In this document: in pieces, positions 41,742-54,529 of the stretch
Layout: every line of letters starts with the position of its first letter
How positions within the stretch are numbered: the stretch's first letter is position 1
Source: Alphaproteobacteria bacterium
GTDB taxonomy: Bacteria > Pseudomonadota > Alphaproteobacteria > MPNO01
Assembly (NCBI GenBank): GCA_965248835.1
Contig: CBDFLJ010000001.1
Span: forward strand, 384,001 to 448,000
Length of the DNA: 64,000 nucleotides
Direction: 5' to 3'
The notes under the pieces: model-generated
Databases searched by the model: none
Told to the model about the DNA's origin: nothing
The model's input: only the letters and a program-made list of their open reading frames with translations
Position numbers and translations under genes: made by a program

Positions 41742-42575
41742 GTGGTCTGTGCGGTCTCGGACGGTGTAAGGCTCTACTGTGAGGACACCGGGTCGGGCAC
41801 GCCGATCGTCTTCGTCCACGAGTTCGCCGGCGATTGCCGGAGCTGGGAGCCGCAGGTCCGCTATTTCTCCAGGCGCTACCGCTGCATCACCTACAACGCC
41901 CGCGGCTACCCGCCTTCGGACGTGCCCGAGGCGTCCGCGGCCTACGGCCAGGCCCAGGCGGCCGATGACATCGCGGCCGTCATGGACCATTTCGACATCG
42001 CGCGCGCCCACGTCGTCGGGCTGTCGATGGGCGGGTTCGCGACGGTTCATTTCGGCATGCGCCACGGCGAACGCGCCCGCTCGCTCGTGGTCGCGGGCTG
42101 CGGCTATGGCGCACCGCCGGACAAGCACGCGGCGTTCTCGGCCTCCGCGCAAGCCAACGCGGACCGGATCGACCAGATCGGCATCGAGGCGTTTGCGGCC
42201 GCCTACAGCGAGATGGAAGGCCGCCAGACCCTGAAGCGCAAGGACCCGCGCGGCTTCGCAGCGTATCTTGAGCAGTTCGGCTCCCATTCCGTGCACGGCT
42301 CGGCAATGCACATGCGCCATGTTCAGGGGGCGAGGCCCTCGCTGTGGGACTTCGCCGACGAACTGGCGGGACTCGCCATGCCGGTACTGGTGGTCTCCGG
42401 CGATACCGACGGCGATTGCCTGGAGACCGGCATCTTCCTCAAGCGTACCATCGGCGATTGCGCCTTCTGGCTCGCGCCGGATACCGGCCATGCGGTGAAC
42501 CTGGAGGAGCCCGACGCCTTCAACCGCGAGCTCGCGGCCTTCTTCACCGCTGCGGAAGCGCGCAGCCCGGCCTGA
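41742..42575 (+). CDS. Alpha/beta fold hydrolase (start uncertain)
   Basis: FVHEFAGD, YNARGYPPS, GLSMGG nucleophile elbow and GHAVNLEEP. Confidence 0.85.
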   Translation: MVCAVSDGVRLYCEDTGSGTPIVFVHEFAGDCRSWEPQVRYFSRRYRCITYNARGYPPSDVPEASAAYGQAQAADDIAAVMDHFDIARAHVVGLSMGGFATVHFGMRHGERARSLVVAGCGYGAPPDKHAAFSASAQANADRIDQIGIEAFAAAYSEMEGRQTLKRKDPRGFAAYLEQFGSHSVHGSAMHMRHVQGARPSLWDFADELAGLAMPVLVVSGDTDGDCLETGIFLKRTIGDCAFWLAPDTGHAVNLEEPDAFNRELAAFFTAAEARSPA

Positions 42576-42847
42576 GGGCGGTCATCGACAAGGTGTCCGG
42601 CCGCGGCGTTTCGGACTGGATCGCGGTCCGGCAGGACCAGCAGGGCCTGGCCTCGCGCGCCTACGGCGTCAAGCGCGGCGCGGACATCACCAACCTGTCC
42701 GCGGCGGCGATGGACGCATGGGTCGCCCGCGCTGCGTCAGCCCACGAGCTGTGGGCCAAGGAGATGGACCAGCGCGGCCATGACGGCGCGGCGCTGGTCG
42801 CCTTTCTCAAACAGACCGCTCGGAAATACCAGGCGATGGCCAAGTAA
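42572..42847 (+). pseudogene. Orphan C-terminal fragment resembling a TRAP transporter DctP solute-binding protein
   Basis: Reads LRAVIDKVSG...GADITNLSAAAMDAW...WAKEMDQRGHDGAALV...KY*; no start codon or RBS; begins at the hydrolase stop. Confidence 0.45.
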
Positions 42848-42898
42848 CCGCCGCCGCCATCGGCGCCCGGCGGTGCAGACATCGTCGGAACCGGGCGT

Positions 42899-43420
42899 TC
42901 AGAGAATCGTGCTCAGCGCACCGTCGGGCAGGACGGTGTGGTCGAGGCGAACCTCGCGGCGGGCGACCGCGAGGCCCGAGGCGGTGCGGCGCAGCACGTC
43001 GCGGCGTGCGCCGACATAGAAGCCGCCGTCGGGGATCGTCCCGCGGCTGCGCCAGACCAGGATGTTGGAGTCCACCCGGTAGGTATCCGGCGACGGCGCA
43101 GTCTCCACATGGAAGTTCGACAGGAAGCGGCGCGCCAGCGACGGCGGGTTCTCGGCGTGCGACAGCCTGGGGTCGGCGAGCTGGCGGACCCTGAGCGTAA
43201 GGCTGGGCAGGGATTCGTCGACGATCGCAACCTCGACCGGCTGCGCCTCGGCTCGGCGCGCGACGCGGGCCAGAACCAGATAGCGGACATCTTCGGTCAG
43301 CAGCGCCAGCCAGTCCTCGTAGGCGCGGCGGTCGAGCACGGCCGCCTCGTGGTGCAGAAAGCGCTGGGCCTCGACATAGGCCGCGTCGTCGACGGGCGCC
43401 CCGACCGGGCGGCCCGCCAT
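42899..43420 (-). CDS. Aromatic ring-hydroxylating dioxygenase, beta subunit
   Basis: FLHHEAAVLDRRAYEDWL, AENPPS..RRFLSN and RRDVLRR motifs. Confidence 0.88.
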   Translation of the reverse strand: MAGRPVGAPVDDAAYVEAQRFLHHEAAVLDRRAYEDWLALLTEDVRYLVLARVARRAEAQPVEVAIVDESLPSLTLRVRQLADPRLSHAENPPSLARRFLSNFHVETAPSPDTYRVDSNILVWRSRGTIPDGGFYVGARRDVLRRTASGLAVARREVRLDHTVLPDGALSTIL

Positions 43421-44730
43421 TAGCGATTCGACCGCATCGCGCCGTCCCAGCAACGCATGAAGCTGAACTGGGCAACCTCGGTGTTGGCCGGCCGGAAAGC
43501 ACGGCCGGGCCATTTGTGATCGGACTCCGGGTTGTCCTGGAAGAGCAGGCTGGTTTGGAAGCTGTAGGGGTAGCGCCGGGCGATCGGGTTGTTGCTGGCT
43601 TGGGTCGCGGAGGCCCAGATTTCCAGGTCGTCCTGCTCGAAGACCCCGGCGGCGCCGAAATTGTGGAACCCGTGCTTGAGCGCGCGGTCCTTGTAGCCGT
43701 CATCGGCCTCGGCTTCGGCGAGCACCCAGCTCAGCACCTCCATCTCGGTCGCGCTCACCGGCTGCCACAGCCGGATGATCAGCGCCTTCTCGCCGAGCGC
43801 CACCTGGGTCTCGATGAACGAGAAATTGGGGAAGACCGTGCCGACGCAGACGCGCAGGTGGTGGAGCATCGAGAGCTGGTCGGCCCCCAGCGCATCGGGG
43901 TAGTACGGCATCAGCGCCGGGGCGTGGGTGAGGTAGTTGCCCTCCGGCATGCCGGGCGCGAGGTAGGTCAGCGTGCAACCATGGCCCTGGTCGGTCACCA
44001 CCTGGTAGCTGTCTCCGCTGGCGTTGTAGAAGCCCTCCTTGGCCGAGCGCACCTTGTCGAGCTCGATCGGCCCGGCGTGGGTGGAGCGCACGTGCTGGCT
44101 GTCGCCGATGAAGTTGAGCGAGCCGATCTTCCAGTTCGCTCCGACCCGCCAGCGATGGGGCGGCGCCAGCACCTCCATGCCGCGCGGGGTGCGCCAGAAG
44201 AAGGCATCGAGATACCAGGCAATGTCACCGAGGAAGTCCGCCAGATCGACCACGTCCTCGTTCCACGACCCGAAGACCAGCCCACGGAAGGTCTCCACCC
44301 TGGGAGCCGGGATCAGCCCCCAGTCGGCGAGGTCGGTGCCCGGTGGCAGATGCTGGTCGTAGGTCGTGGTAATCAGCCGGCCGTCGCGCGCGTAGCTCCA
44401 GCCGTGATAGGGGCAAACGAAGCTGCGCGTGCTGCCCGAATCGGCGCGGCACAGCCGGGTGCCGCGGTGCCGGCAGCTATTGAGCAGGACCCGGATCCCG
44501 CCGTCGGAATCGCGCACCACGATGACCTGGGCGCTGCCCAGTTTGCGAACGACATAGTCGCCGGCTTCGGGGATCTCGCTCTGGTGGGCAAGGAACACCC
44601 AGGTGCGGTCGAAGATCCGTTCGACCTCCAGCCGGTAAACCTCCTCGCTAACGAAAGCATCCCGGCTGACGATGCCCCGGGCGGCATCGACCCAACCCTG
44701 GCCGAGCCCATTCGATGCGTTGCCGTCCAT
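43420..44730 (-). CDS. Rieske aromatic ring-hydroxylating oxygenase, alpha subunit (biphenyl/phenylpropionate-like)
   Basis: NSCRHRG...CPYHGW; NWK...NFIGDSQHVRSTH; FEQDD. Confidence 0.9.
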   Translation of the reverse strand: MDGNASNGLGQGWVDAARGIVSRDAFVSEEVYRLEVERIFDRTWVFLAHQSEIPEAGDYVVRKLGSAQVIVVRDSDGGIRVLLNSCRHRGTRLCRADSGSTRSFVCPYHGWSYARDGRLITTTYDQHLPPGTDLADWGLIPAPRVETFRGLVFGSWNEDVVDLADFLGDIAWYLDAFFWRTPRGMEVLAPPHRWRVGANWKIGSLNFIGDSQHVRSTHAGPIELDKVRSAKEGFYNASGDSYQVVTDQGHGCTLTYLAPGMPEGNYLTHAPALMPYYPDALGADQLSMLHHLRVCVGTVFPNFSFIETQVALGEKALIIRLWQPVSATEMEVLSWVLAEAEADDGYKDRALKHGFHNFGAAGVFEQDDLEIWASATQASNNPIARRYPYSFQTSLLFQDNPESDHKWPGRAFRPANTEVAQFSFMRCWDGAMRSNR

Positions 44731-44816
44731 GGCGAGTCCCGCCGTTGCCGGTCCGATCGGCTCCGATCTTACGGGCTTGCGCAACCGCTGGCCAGCGCCT
44801 GGGCCACTCGGTGCTA

Positions 44817-44840
44817 TGCGGGTGCGGGTGCGGGTGCGGG
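44817..44840 (+). repeat. (TGCGGG)x4 tandem repeat
   Basis: Four exact hexamer copies between the grxD stop and the Rieske alpha start. Confidence 0.85.
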
Positions 44841-44850
44841 TTCGGAAGGT

Positions 44851-45198
44851 CTATTCGGGGTTGGCGAGCTGGATGTTGATGCCGCGGGTGCTGAACAGCT
44901 CCATCAGTTCGCCGGTGCCGTACATCTCGCGCACGATGTCGCAGCCGCCGACGAACTCGCCCTTGACGTAGAGCTGCGGAACGGTCGGCCAGTTGGAGAA
45001 GGCCTTGATCCCCTCGCGCAGCTCGGGGTCCTGCAGCACGTCGATGCCGCGAAAGGCCACGCCCAAATTGCTGAGCGCCTGGACCACGGTCGCCGAGAAG
45101 CCGCATTGCGGGAAGACCGGCGTCCCCTTCATGAACACGACGACGTCGCTGTCGGTGATGTCCTCGCGGATACGGTTGAAAACGGTGGGCTCGCTCAT
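44851..45198 (-). CDS. grxD: Monothiol glutaredoxin Grx4
   Basis: FMKGTP..PQCGFS, WPTVPQLY and GGCD motifs. Confidence 0.95.
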   Translation of the reverse strand: MSEPTVFNRIREDITDSDVVVFMKGTPVFPQCGFSATVVQALSNLGVAFRGIDVLQDPELREGIKAFSNWPTVPQLYVKGEFVGGCDIVREMYGTGELMELFSTRGINIQLANPE

Positions 45199-45225
45199 CG
45201 GTGGCTCCTTCGCGAAACGTGCGGC

Positions 45226-45465
45226 TCAGCTGTCCTCTGGGGTCGTGGTCTGCAGGGCCAGCGCGTGAAGCTCGCCGCCCATGCGGCCCTGAAGCGCCTG
45301 GTAGACCATCTGGTGCTGCTGGACGCGGGTCTTGCCCTTGAAGGCGGTCGAGACGACGTGCGCGGCATAGTGGTCGCCGTCGCCGGCCAGATCCTGGATG
45401 CTGACCTGCGCATCGGGCAGGCTGTCCCTGATCAGGCGCTCGATCTCCCCCGGGTCCATGGGCAT
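45226..45465 (-). CDS. bolA: BolA family protein
   Basis: DLAGDGDHY, RVQQHQMVY and LHALAL motifs. Confidence 0.92.
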   Translation of the reverse strand: MPMDPGEIERLIRDSLPDAQVSIQDLAGDGDHYAAHVVSTAFKGKTRVQQHQMVYQALQGRMGGELHALALQTTTPEDS

Positions 45466-45498
45466 CGCGGCTGTCCTTGTCCTTCACCCCGGCTCGCA

Positions 45499-47672
<2,174 letters not shown>

Positions 47673-47688
<16 letters not shown>

Positions 47689-48428
47689 GGCCCGCCCCTC
47701 CGGCGCAGCCTGATCGGCTCGCGGATCCGGGCGCCCGGCTGGCGGTCCCACAGCGGCACGTGAGCGTGGCGAAAAAACGGGATCAGCAGGGCGCCGGCGG
47801 CGAACCCGCCGATATGGGCCCACCAAGCAACCCCGGCCCCGCCGCCGGGATCGAGAAAGGCATTCAGCAGATCGAGTCCGATCCAGCTTCCCAGCACGAT
47901 CACGGTCGGCAGGCGGATCGGGATGACCGAGAACAGCAGGCCCCAGATCCCGACCCGGGGGTGGAGGACGAGATAGGCGCCGAGCACGCCGGAGATCGCC
48001 CCGCTGGCGCCGATGGTCGGGATTTCGGAGACTGGCGCGCTCCAGGCATGGGCAAGCCCCGCAACGGTCCCGCACAGCAGATAGAAGACGATGAACCGCC
48101 GGTGGCCCATCGCGTCCTCGACATTGTCGCCGAACACCCACAGGAACATCATGTTGCCGATCAGGTGCAGCCAGCCGCCGTGCAGGAACAGGCTGGTCAG
48201 CAGCGTCGCCTCGGCCGGCAGCGCCGCAAGGCTGGGCGGAAGCCTGGCGTTGCCCCACAAGACGCTCGGCACGACCCCGAAGCGGTAGACCGCGGCATTG
48301 CCGGCATCGGACGGCAAGGCCGCCTGCCAGAAGAAAACCAGCACGCAGGCCGCAATCAGCGCCAGCGTGACGTAGTGATAGCGAATCCAGGTCCGCGGGT
48401 TGTCGTCGCTGAAGGGGACGAAGACCAC
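47673..48428 (-). CDS. Rhomboid family intramembrane serine protease
   Basis: [18 protein letters not shown] (catalytic Ser) and AHIGGF (catalytic His). Confidence 0.92.
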
Positions 48429-48434
48429 GCCGGT

Positions 48435-49109
48435 TCAGCCCGACAGCGCCCGGGCCAGCCCCTCGAACAGCGGTGCCCCGTCGGTGCCGCCAAGCGCCAA
48501 GTCCACGGCGCGCTCGGGATGGGGCATCATCCCCAGCACGCGGCCGGACGGATCGAGGATGCCGGCGATATCGGCCATCGAGCCGTTCGGATTGTCGCCG
48601 CCGGGCCCATAGCGAAAGACGATGAGCCCCTCGCCTTCGAGCCGTGCCAGAGTTTCGTCATCGGCGACATAGTTGCCCTCGTTGTGAGCGATCGGCAACC
48701 GGATCGGCGCGCGGGCCGCATAGAGTGCGGTGAAGATCGTATCGTTGCGTTCGACGCGCAGCCCGACGTCGCGGCAGACGAACCGCAGGCCCGCATTGCG
48801 CATCAGCGCGCCGGGCAGCAGCCCCGCCTCGGTCAGCACCTGGAAGCCGTTGCAGATGCCGAGCACGGCGACGCCGGCCCGCGCCTTTTCCGCGACGGCG
48901 CGCATCACCGGCGAATGGGCCGCCATCGCGCCGGCCCGCAGATAGTCGCCATAGGCGAACCCGCCCGGCACCACGATCAGGTCCACATCGGGCAGCGCGG
49001 TCTCGCCATGCCAGACCATCCTCGGCGCCCGCCCCGCCGCCATCCGCAAGGCCACCGCCGCATCGCGGTCGCAGTTCGACCCGGGAAAGACGATGACGGC
49101 GGATCTCAT
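48435..49109 (-). CDS. purQ: FGAM synthase glutaminase subunit PurQ
   Basis: [25 protein letters not shown] and MMPHPER motifs. Confidence 0.97.
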   Translation of the reverse strand: MRSAVIVFPGSNCDRDAAVALRMAAGRAPRMVWHGETALPDVDLIVVPGGFAYGDYLRAGAMAAHSPVMRAVAEKARAGVAVLGICNGFQVLTEAGLLPGALMRNAGLRFVCRDVGLRVERNDTIFTALYAARAPIRLPIAHNEGNYVADDETLARLEGEGLIVFRYGPGGDNPNGSMADIAGILDPSGRVLGMMPHPERAVDLALGGTDGAPLFEGLARALSG

Positions 49110-49348
49110 GAATCGATGGTGATCGCGTAGTCCTCGATGACGGTGTTGGCGAGCAGGCGCTCGCACATCCGGCTCAGGGCGTCGCGAGCCCGGGTGGAGT
49201 CGGTCTCGGCGAGGTCGATGTCGAGCACCTTGCCCTGGCGGACCGCGCCGATGCCTGCGAAGCCGAGCGCGGCCAGCGCCTGGGCGACAGCCTTGCCTTG
49301 CGGGTCGAGCACGCCCGGTTTGAGGGTGATGTGGACCCGAGCCTTCAC
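49106..49348 (-). CDS. purS: FGAM synthase subunit PurS
   Basis: (V)[17 protein letters not shown]...[10 protein letters not shown]. Confidence 0.95.
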   Translation of the reverse strand: MKARVHITLKPGVLDPQGKAVAQALAALGFAGIGAVRQGKVLDIDLAETDSTRARDALSRMCERLLANTVIEDYAITIDS

Positions 49349-49373
49349 CCGGGTGTCACGGCGGCGGTCGCGG

Positions 49374-50138
49374 TCATTGCATGACCGCCGGGCCCTTGAG
49401 GTCGCCGGGCCCACCCTCGAGCAGGATGCCCAGACGGCGGGCGACTTCCTGGTACGCCTCCTCGACCCGGCCGAGATCGCGGCGGAAGCGGTCCTTGTCC
49501 ATGCGCTCGTTGGTCTTGATGTCCCACAGGCGACAGTTGTCGGGGCTGATCTCGTCGGCAAGCACGATTCGCATGTCCTCGTCGTTCCACAGCCTGCCGT
49601 ATTCGAGCTTGAAGTCGACCAGGCGGATGCCGACGGCGACCAGCAGGCCGGTCAGGAAATCGTTGACCCTGAGCGACATGTGCATGATCTCGTCGAGCTC
49701 TTGCGGCGAGGACCAGCCGAAGGCGGTGATGTGCTCCTCGGCGACCAGCGGATCGCCGAGGTCGTCGGACTTATAGTAGTACTCCACGATCGAGCGCGGC
49801 AGCGGCGTGCCCTCTGCTATGCCGAAGCGCTCGGCGATCGAGCCGGCGGCGACGTTGCGCACCACCACCTCGACCGGGATGATCTCGACCTCGCGGATCA
49901 ACTGCTCGCGCATGTTCAGGCGGCGCACGAAATGGGTCGGAATCCCGATTTCGGCGAGCTTGACCATCAGGAACTCGGAGATCCGGTTGTTCAGCACGCC
50001 CTTGCCGGTGATCGTGCCCTGTTTGGCGTTGTTGAACGCGGTCGCGTCGTCCTTGAAGTACTGCACCAGGGTGCCGGGCTCGGGCCCTTCGAAAAGGACC
50101 TTGGCCTTGCCCTCGTAAATCCGTCTGCGGCGGGCCAT
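49374..50138 (-). CDS. purC: SAICAR synthase
   Basis: [22 protein letters not shown] and DEISPD motifs. Confidence 0.97.
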   Translation of the reverse strand: MARRRRIYEGKAKVLFEGPEPGTLVQYFKDDATAFNNAKQGTITGKGVLNNRISEFLMVKLAEIGIPTHFVRRLNMREQLIREVEIIPVEVVVRNVAAGSIAERFGIAEGTPLPRSIVEYYYKSDDLGDPLVAEEHITAFGWSSPQELDEIMHMSLRVNDFLTGLLVAVGIRLVDFKLEYGRLWNDEDMRIVLADEISPDNCRLWDIKTNERMDKDRFRRDLGRVEEAYQEVARRLGILLEGGPGDLKGPAVMQ

Positions 50139-50263
50139 CGTGTACGTCTTTAAGACACCGGGAAAGGCGTGCGGCGCGGCGATCGGCGCGGCTGCCTTCG
50201 TATATCAACTAGATCCTTTCCGAACAATGGCAAGGCACGCGCGCCCGGGACGATAATGCTCAT

Positions 50264-51025
50264 TCAAATTTCAACCGGCCGGTGCGGCCTCTCGCCCGGC
50301 CGGCCGGCGCAGAACAGCCAGAGCGGACGGACGGGCGGACGGTCTGCCGCCGGCAGTGCGATCAGCGAGCTCGACAGGGTGCCGAACGGCGTTTCGGTGA
50401 CCACCGTCATTGCCTCGCCCGGGCCGGCGCCGGGCAGGCTGTCGCGTGAGGCGAGGAGCGCGATCCAGGCCGACCAGTCCCCGGCCTCGGGATCGGGCGC
50501 CGGCGCAGCGGCAAAGCGCGGCCGGTGCAGCCTTATCCGCGCCGAGCCCTCGGCATCGTCGAGATCGAAGGCGCTCAGCATGCCCAGCCCGTCGGCAAGC
50601 GGCTGCAGGTTGATCCGCCCGTCGCCGTCCGCGCCCAACCCGCGCAGCCAGAAGGCATCGCGGTTATCGGCGATGACCATGTTGAAGCTGCGGTAGCTGC
50701 GTGCATCGATCGCCGCCAGCGCGCGGGCTGCCTCGTGCGCATCGGCGTGGTCGAGCGCTTCGAGCACCAGCTCGCCGCGGCTGCGCAGGATCGGGTCAGG
50801 CCCGAGCGATTCGCGCCGGTTGAGGATGCCCGCCGCCACGCCCCAATCGTTGAGCCCGAGCCAGGTGCCGCCCGCGAGCTCGTCCATCCCGGCTACGACA
50901 TCCGGCCGGGCGGGCCAGTGCCGGGCGGGTGGGCGCCACGGCCGGTCGGCCATCTCGTCGCGGTTGGACGCCAGCAGAACCGGCCAGGGATGACCCGGCC
51001 GGCGCAGTATGATCAGGGTGCACAT
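50264..51025 (-). CDS. NRDE/TANGO2 family protein
   Basis: MCT N-terminus, SNRDE, GGTWLG and SRGEL motifs. Confidence 0.88.
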   Translation of the reverse strand: MCTLIILRRPGHPWPVLLASNRDEMADRPWRPPARHWPARPDVVAGMDELAGGTWLGLNDWGVAAGILNRRESLGPDPILRSRGELVLEALDHADAHEAARALAAIDARSYRSFNMVIADNRDAFWLRGLGADGDGRINLQPLADGLGMLSAFDLDDAEGSARIRLHRPRFAAAPAPDPEAGDWSAWIALLASRDSLPGAGPGEAMTVVTETPFGTLSSSLIALPAADRPPVRPLWLFCAGRPGERPHRPVEI

Positions 51026-51135
51026 CCTATCCCGTCCGGCCGATAAGTCGTTGCAGCCGGACCGGCGCGGCTGTATTTGGCAGGGTGAGCCCGACATGGT
51101 GGGCTGGACCGGCAGGCCAGGGGAGAGACACGCGC

Positions 51136-51453
51136 ATGACGACCTTCAATGATCGCGAAAAGGGCTTCGAAGCCAAGTACAAGCACGACCAGGAGACCCA
51201 GTTCAAGGTCACCGCCCGGCGCAACAAGCTGCTCGGGCTATGGGCCGCGGAAAAGCTCGGCCTCTCGGGCGATGCCGCGGAGGCCTATGCGAAGGAGGTC
51301 GTGGTCTCGGACTTCGACGAGCCGGGCGAGGAGGATGTCTTCCGCAAGGTCCAGGGCGACCTCGACGGCAAGGGCGTCTCGGAGAAGGACATCCGCTACC
51401 AGATGGAGCGGCTGGTCGCCGTCGCCCACGAGCAGGTCGCCAGGAAAGACTGA
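51136..51453 (+). CDS. DUF1476 / F1Fo-ATPase inhibitor zeta subunit
   Basis: MTTFNDREKGFE.KY.HD...ARRNKLLGLWAA motif. Confidence 0.9.
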   Translation: MTTFNDREKGFEAKYKHDQETQFKVTARRNKLLGLWAAEKLGLSGDAAEAYAKEVVVSDFDEPGEEDVFRKVQGDLDGKGVSEKDIRYQMERLVAVAHEQVARKD

Positions 51454-51485
51454 GACGGGCGGTTGGCGTCTGGTCCGGACAAGCG

Positions 51486-52787
<1,302 letters not shown>

Positions 52788-52839
52788 TACGCCCAGTCTA
52801 GCAGAATCACCGGGCCGAGGTCACGGTGTCGGGTTGGGC

Positions 52840-53742
52840 TCACCTTGCGGCGGCGATCATCGCACGCAGGTCCGGAGCGAGGGCGCGCGCGATCAGACGG
52901 GCGAGAGCCGGCCAGCCCGACTCCAGGGCGGTGATCTCCTCATCGTTGGCTTGATGGAGCCGGCCGATCTCCCGGCCACTCGGATCGTCGAGCCGCCAGA
53001 CCAGGCTGAGCCGGCGGCGCGCGCCGACCGGCGGGCCGAGTGTGATTGTGCCGTTCAGGAGCAGGTTCCCGGCCGTCCGACGGCGGGCCAGCCGCAGACC
53101 GCGGTCGGGCAGCACCGCGCCGAGCGCCCGGCGCAGCACCGCGCCGTCGAGGCTTGCCGGGGTCCGAAGGGTTTGAAGGAAAACGGCGCGTGCGCCTTGT
53201 GCCCGCGGCGGCGGCAACGAATCCTCGCCTCGGATCAGGGCAGCGATCCCGTCGGCTGCCGATCCGGCGAGCGCCTTGACCATAGCCGGTTCCCCCGACC
53301 GCCATGCCCGGACGGATGGCCGGGCCTTGACCCGGTGACGGCCGAGCGGCCGGGCCTGGGGATCGACAAGGTACCAGACGGCCTCGACATCGAGCCGTCC
53401 GCTCGCGGACGGCACCGCCTCCGCCTCGCCGTAGACGAACAGGCTGCGCCGGTTGCCGACAGAAAAGGCAGCGGGGATATTGCGCTCCAGCAGCGCCTCG
53501 ATCAGCGCGAACGTCACCGCCCGCGACGTCGGCTCCGGCGCGCCGGCGAGGTCGAGCACCGCAACGCCCGACCCATCCTTGACGTAGATCAGCGGATTGG
53601 CGGCGGCCGTATCCGAAGAAGGCGCGAAGGGGCGGGGAAGCGGTTGGCACGCGGCGAGGACCGCAACGATCAGCAACCAGGCGAGCGGGCCGGACCTAGA
53701 GCGCACAGGTCGCCAACAGGCCCAGGACCAGGAGGCACGCAA
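52840..53742 (-). CDS. Hypothetical lipoprotein (start uncertain)
   Basis: Lipobox-like VLAACQPLPRPF; co-oriented between pgeF and purB. Confidence 0.6.
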   Translation of the reverse strand: MRASWSWACWRPVRSRSGPLAWLLIVAVLAACQPLPRPFAPSSDTAAANPLIYVKDGSGVAVLDLAGAPEPTSRAVTFALIEALLERNIPAAFSVGNRRSLFVYGEAEAVPSASGRLDVEAVWYLVDPQARPLGRHRVKARPSVRAWRSGEPAMVKALAGSAADGIAALIRGEDSLPPPRAQGARAVFLQTLRTPASLDGAVLRRALGAVLPDRGLRLARRRTAGNLLLNGTITLGPPVGARRRLSLVWRLDDPSGREIGRLHQANDEEITALESGWPALARLIARALAPDLRAMIAAAR

Positions 53743-53767
53743 AGATGATCAGGTGCGGCACGACCCC

Positions 53768-54529
53768 TCACGGCGCAAGGACGATGCTCGACAAGGCCCG
53801 ACCATAATCCGTTTCGCCTTCGATGCACGACCGCCGGTAGCTGAAAAACCGTGCCGAATCGGCGCAGGTATCGGCGCCGGTCACCGAGACGGCGGCCAGC
53901 CCCAGCGCTTCCAGCCTGCTTGCGACATAGCCTTCCAGGTCGAAATGCGGCCGGCCGGCTTCATCGGGGGCAGAGAACCATATCCGGTTTTCGGCATCCT
54001 CTGCCTCGAACGACGCGGCGAAGTCCGGGCCGATCTCATAGGATGCCTGGCCGATGCACGGCCCCACGGCGGCAGCGATCCGTGCGCGCGCGGCGCCCAG
54101 CCCCTCCATCGCTTCGACCGTTGCGGCCAGCACACCCGCCAACGCGCCGCGCCAGCCGGCATGGGCCGCGCCGATGACCCCGGCGTCCAGGTCCGCGAAC
54201 AGCACCGGAGCGCAATCGGCGGTCAGAATGCCGAGCGCAATCCCGGGCACCGCGGTGACCAGTCCATCGGCCTCCGCCCGGTCCCGGTCGGGCGCCTCCA
54301 CGCGCAGTACTGTCGTCCCGTGGACCTGATAGGCGGTCCGCAACGCACCGGCCGGCAGCGCCATCGCGGCCATGGCGCGGGATCGGTTCTCCCGCACCGA
54401 AGCCGCATCGTCCCTGGAGCCCAGGCCGCAGTTGAGCGCAGCGTAGATCCCGCCGGAGACGCCCCCGGCGCGGGTGAAGAAGGCGTGCCTTACGCCTGCG
54501 CGGCGAGCGAGGATCTCGCTGTTCAGCAT
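53768..54529 (-). CDS. pgeF: PgeF/YfiH family protein
   Basis: HAFFTRAGG, QVHG, TADC.PV, AHAGWRG and FFSYRR motifs. Confidence 0.9.
   Translation of the reverse strand: MLNSEILARRAGVRHAFFTRAGGVSGGIYAALNCGLGSRDDAASVRENRSRAMAAMALPAGALRTAYQVHGTTVLRVEAPDRDRAEADGLVTAVPGIALGILTADCAPVLFADLDAGVIGAAHAGWRGALAGVLAATVEAMEGLGAARARIAAAVGPCIGQASYEIGPDFAASFEAEDAENRIWFSAPDEAGRPHFDLEGYVASRLEALGLAAVSVTGADTCADSARFFSYRRSCIEGETDYGRALSSIVLAP

Noticed and set aside
40655-44850. tRNA-anchored prophage or integrative element
   Set aside because: No integrase, no duplicated tRNA 3' end seen, and no phage or conjugation genes.
47689-48258. N-terminal extension of PurL (919-aa ORF)
   Set aside because: It overlaps the rhomboid gene in another frame; PurL homology starts near 47688.
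51136-51453. ATPase zeta inhibitor gene inside the pur cluster as a novelty
   Set aside because: DUF1476 between purB and purC is, to my knowledge, a common alphaproteobacterial arrangement.
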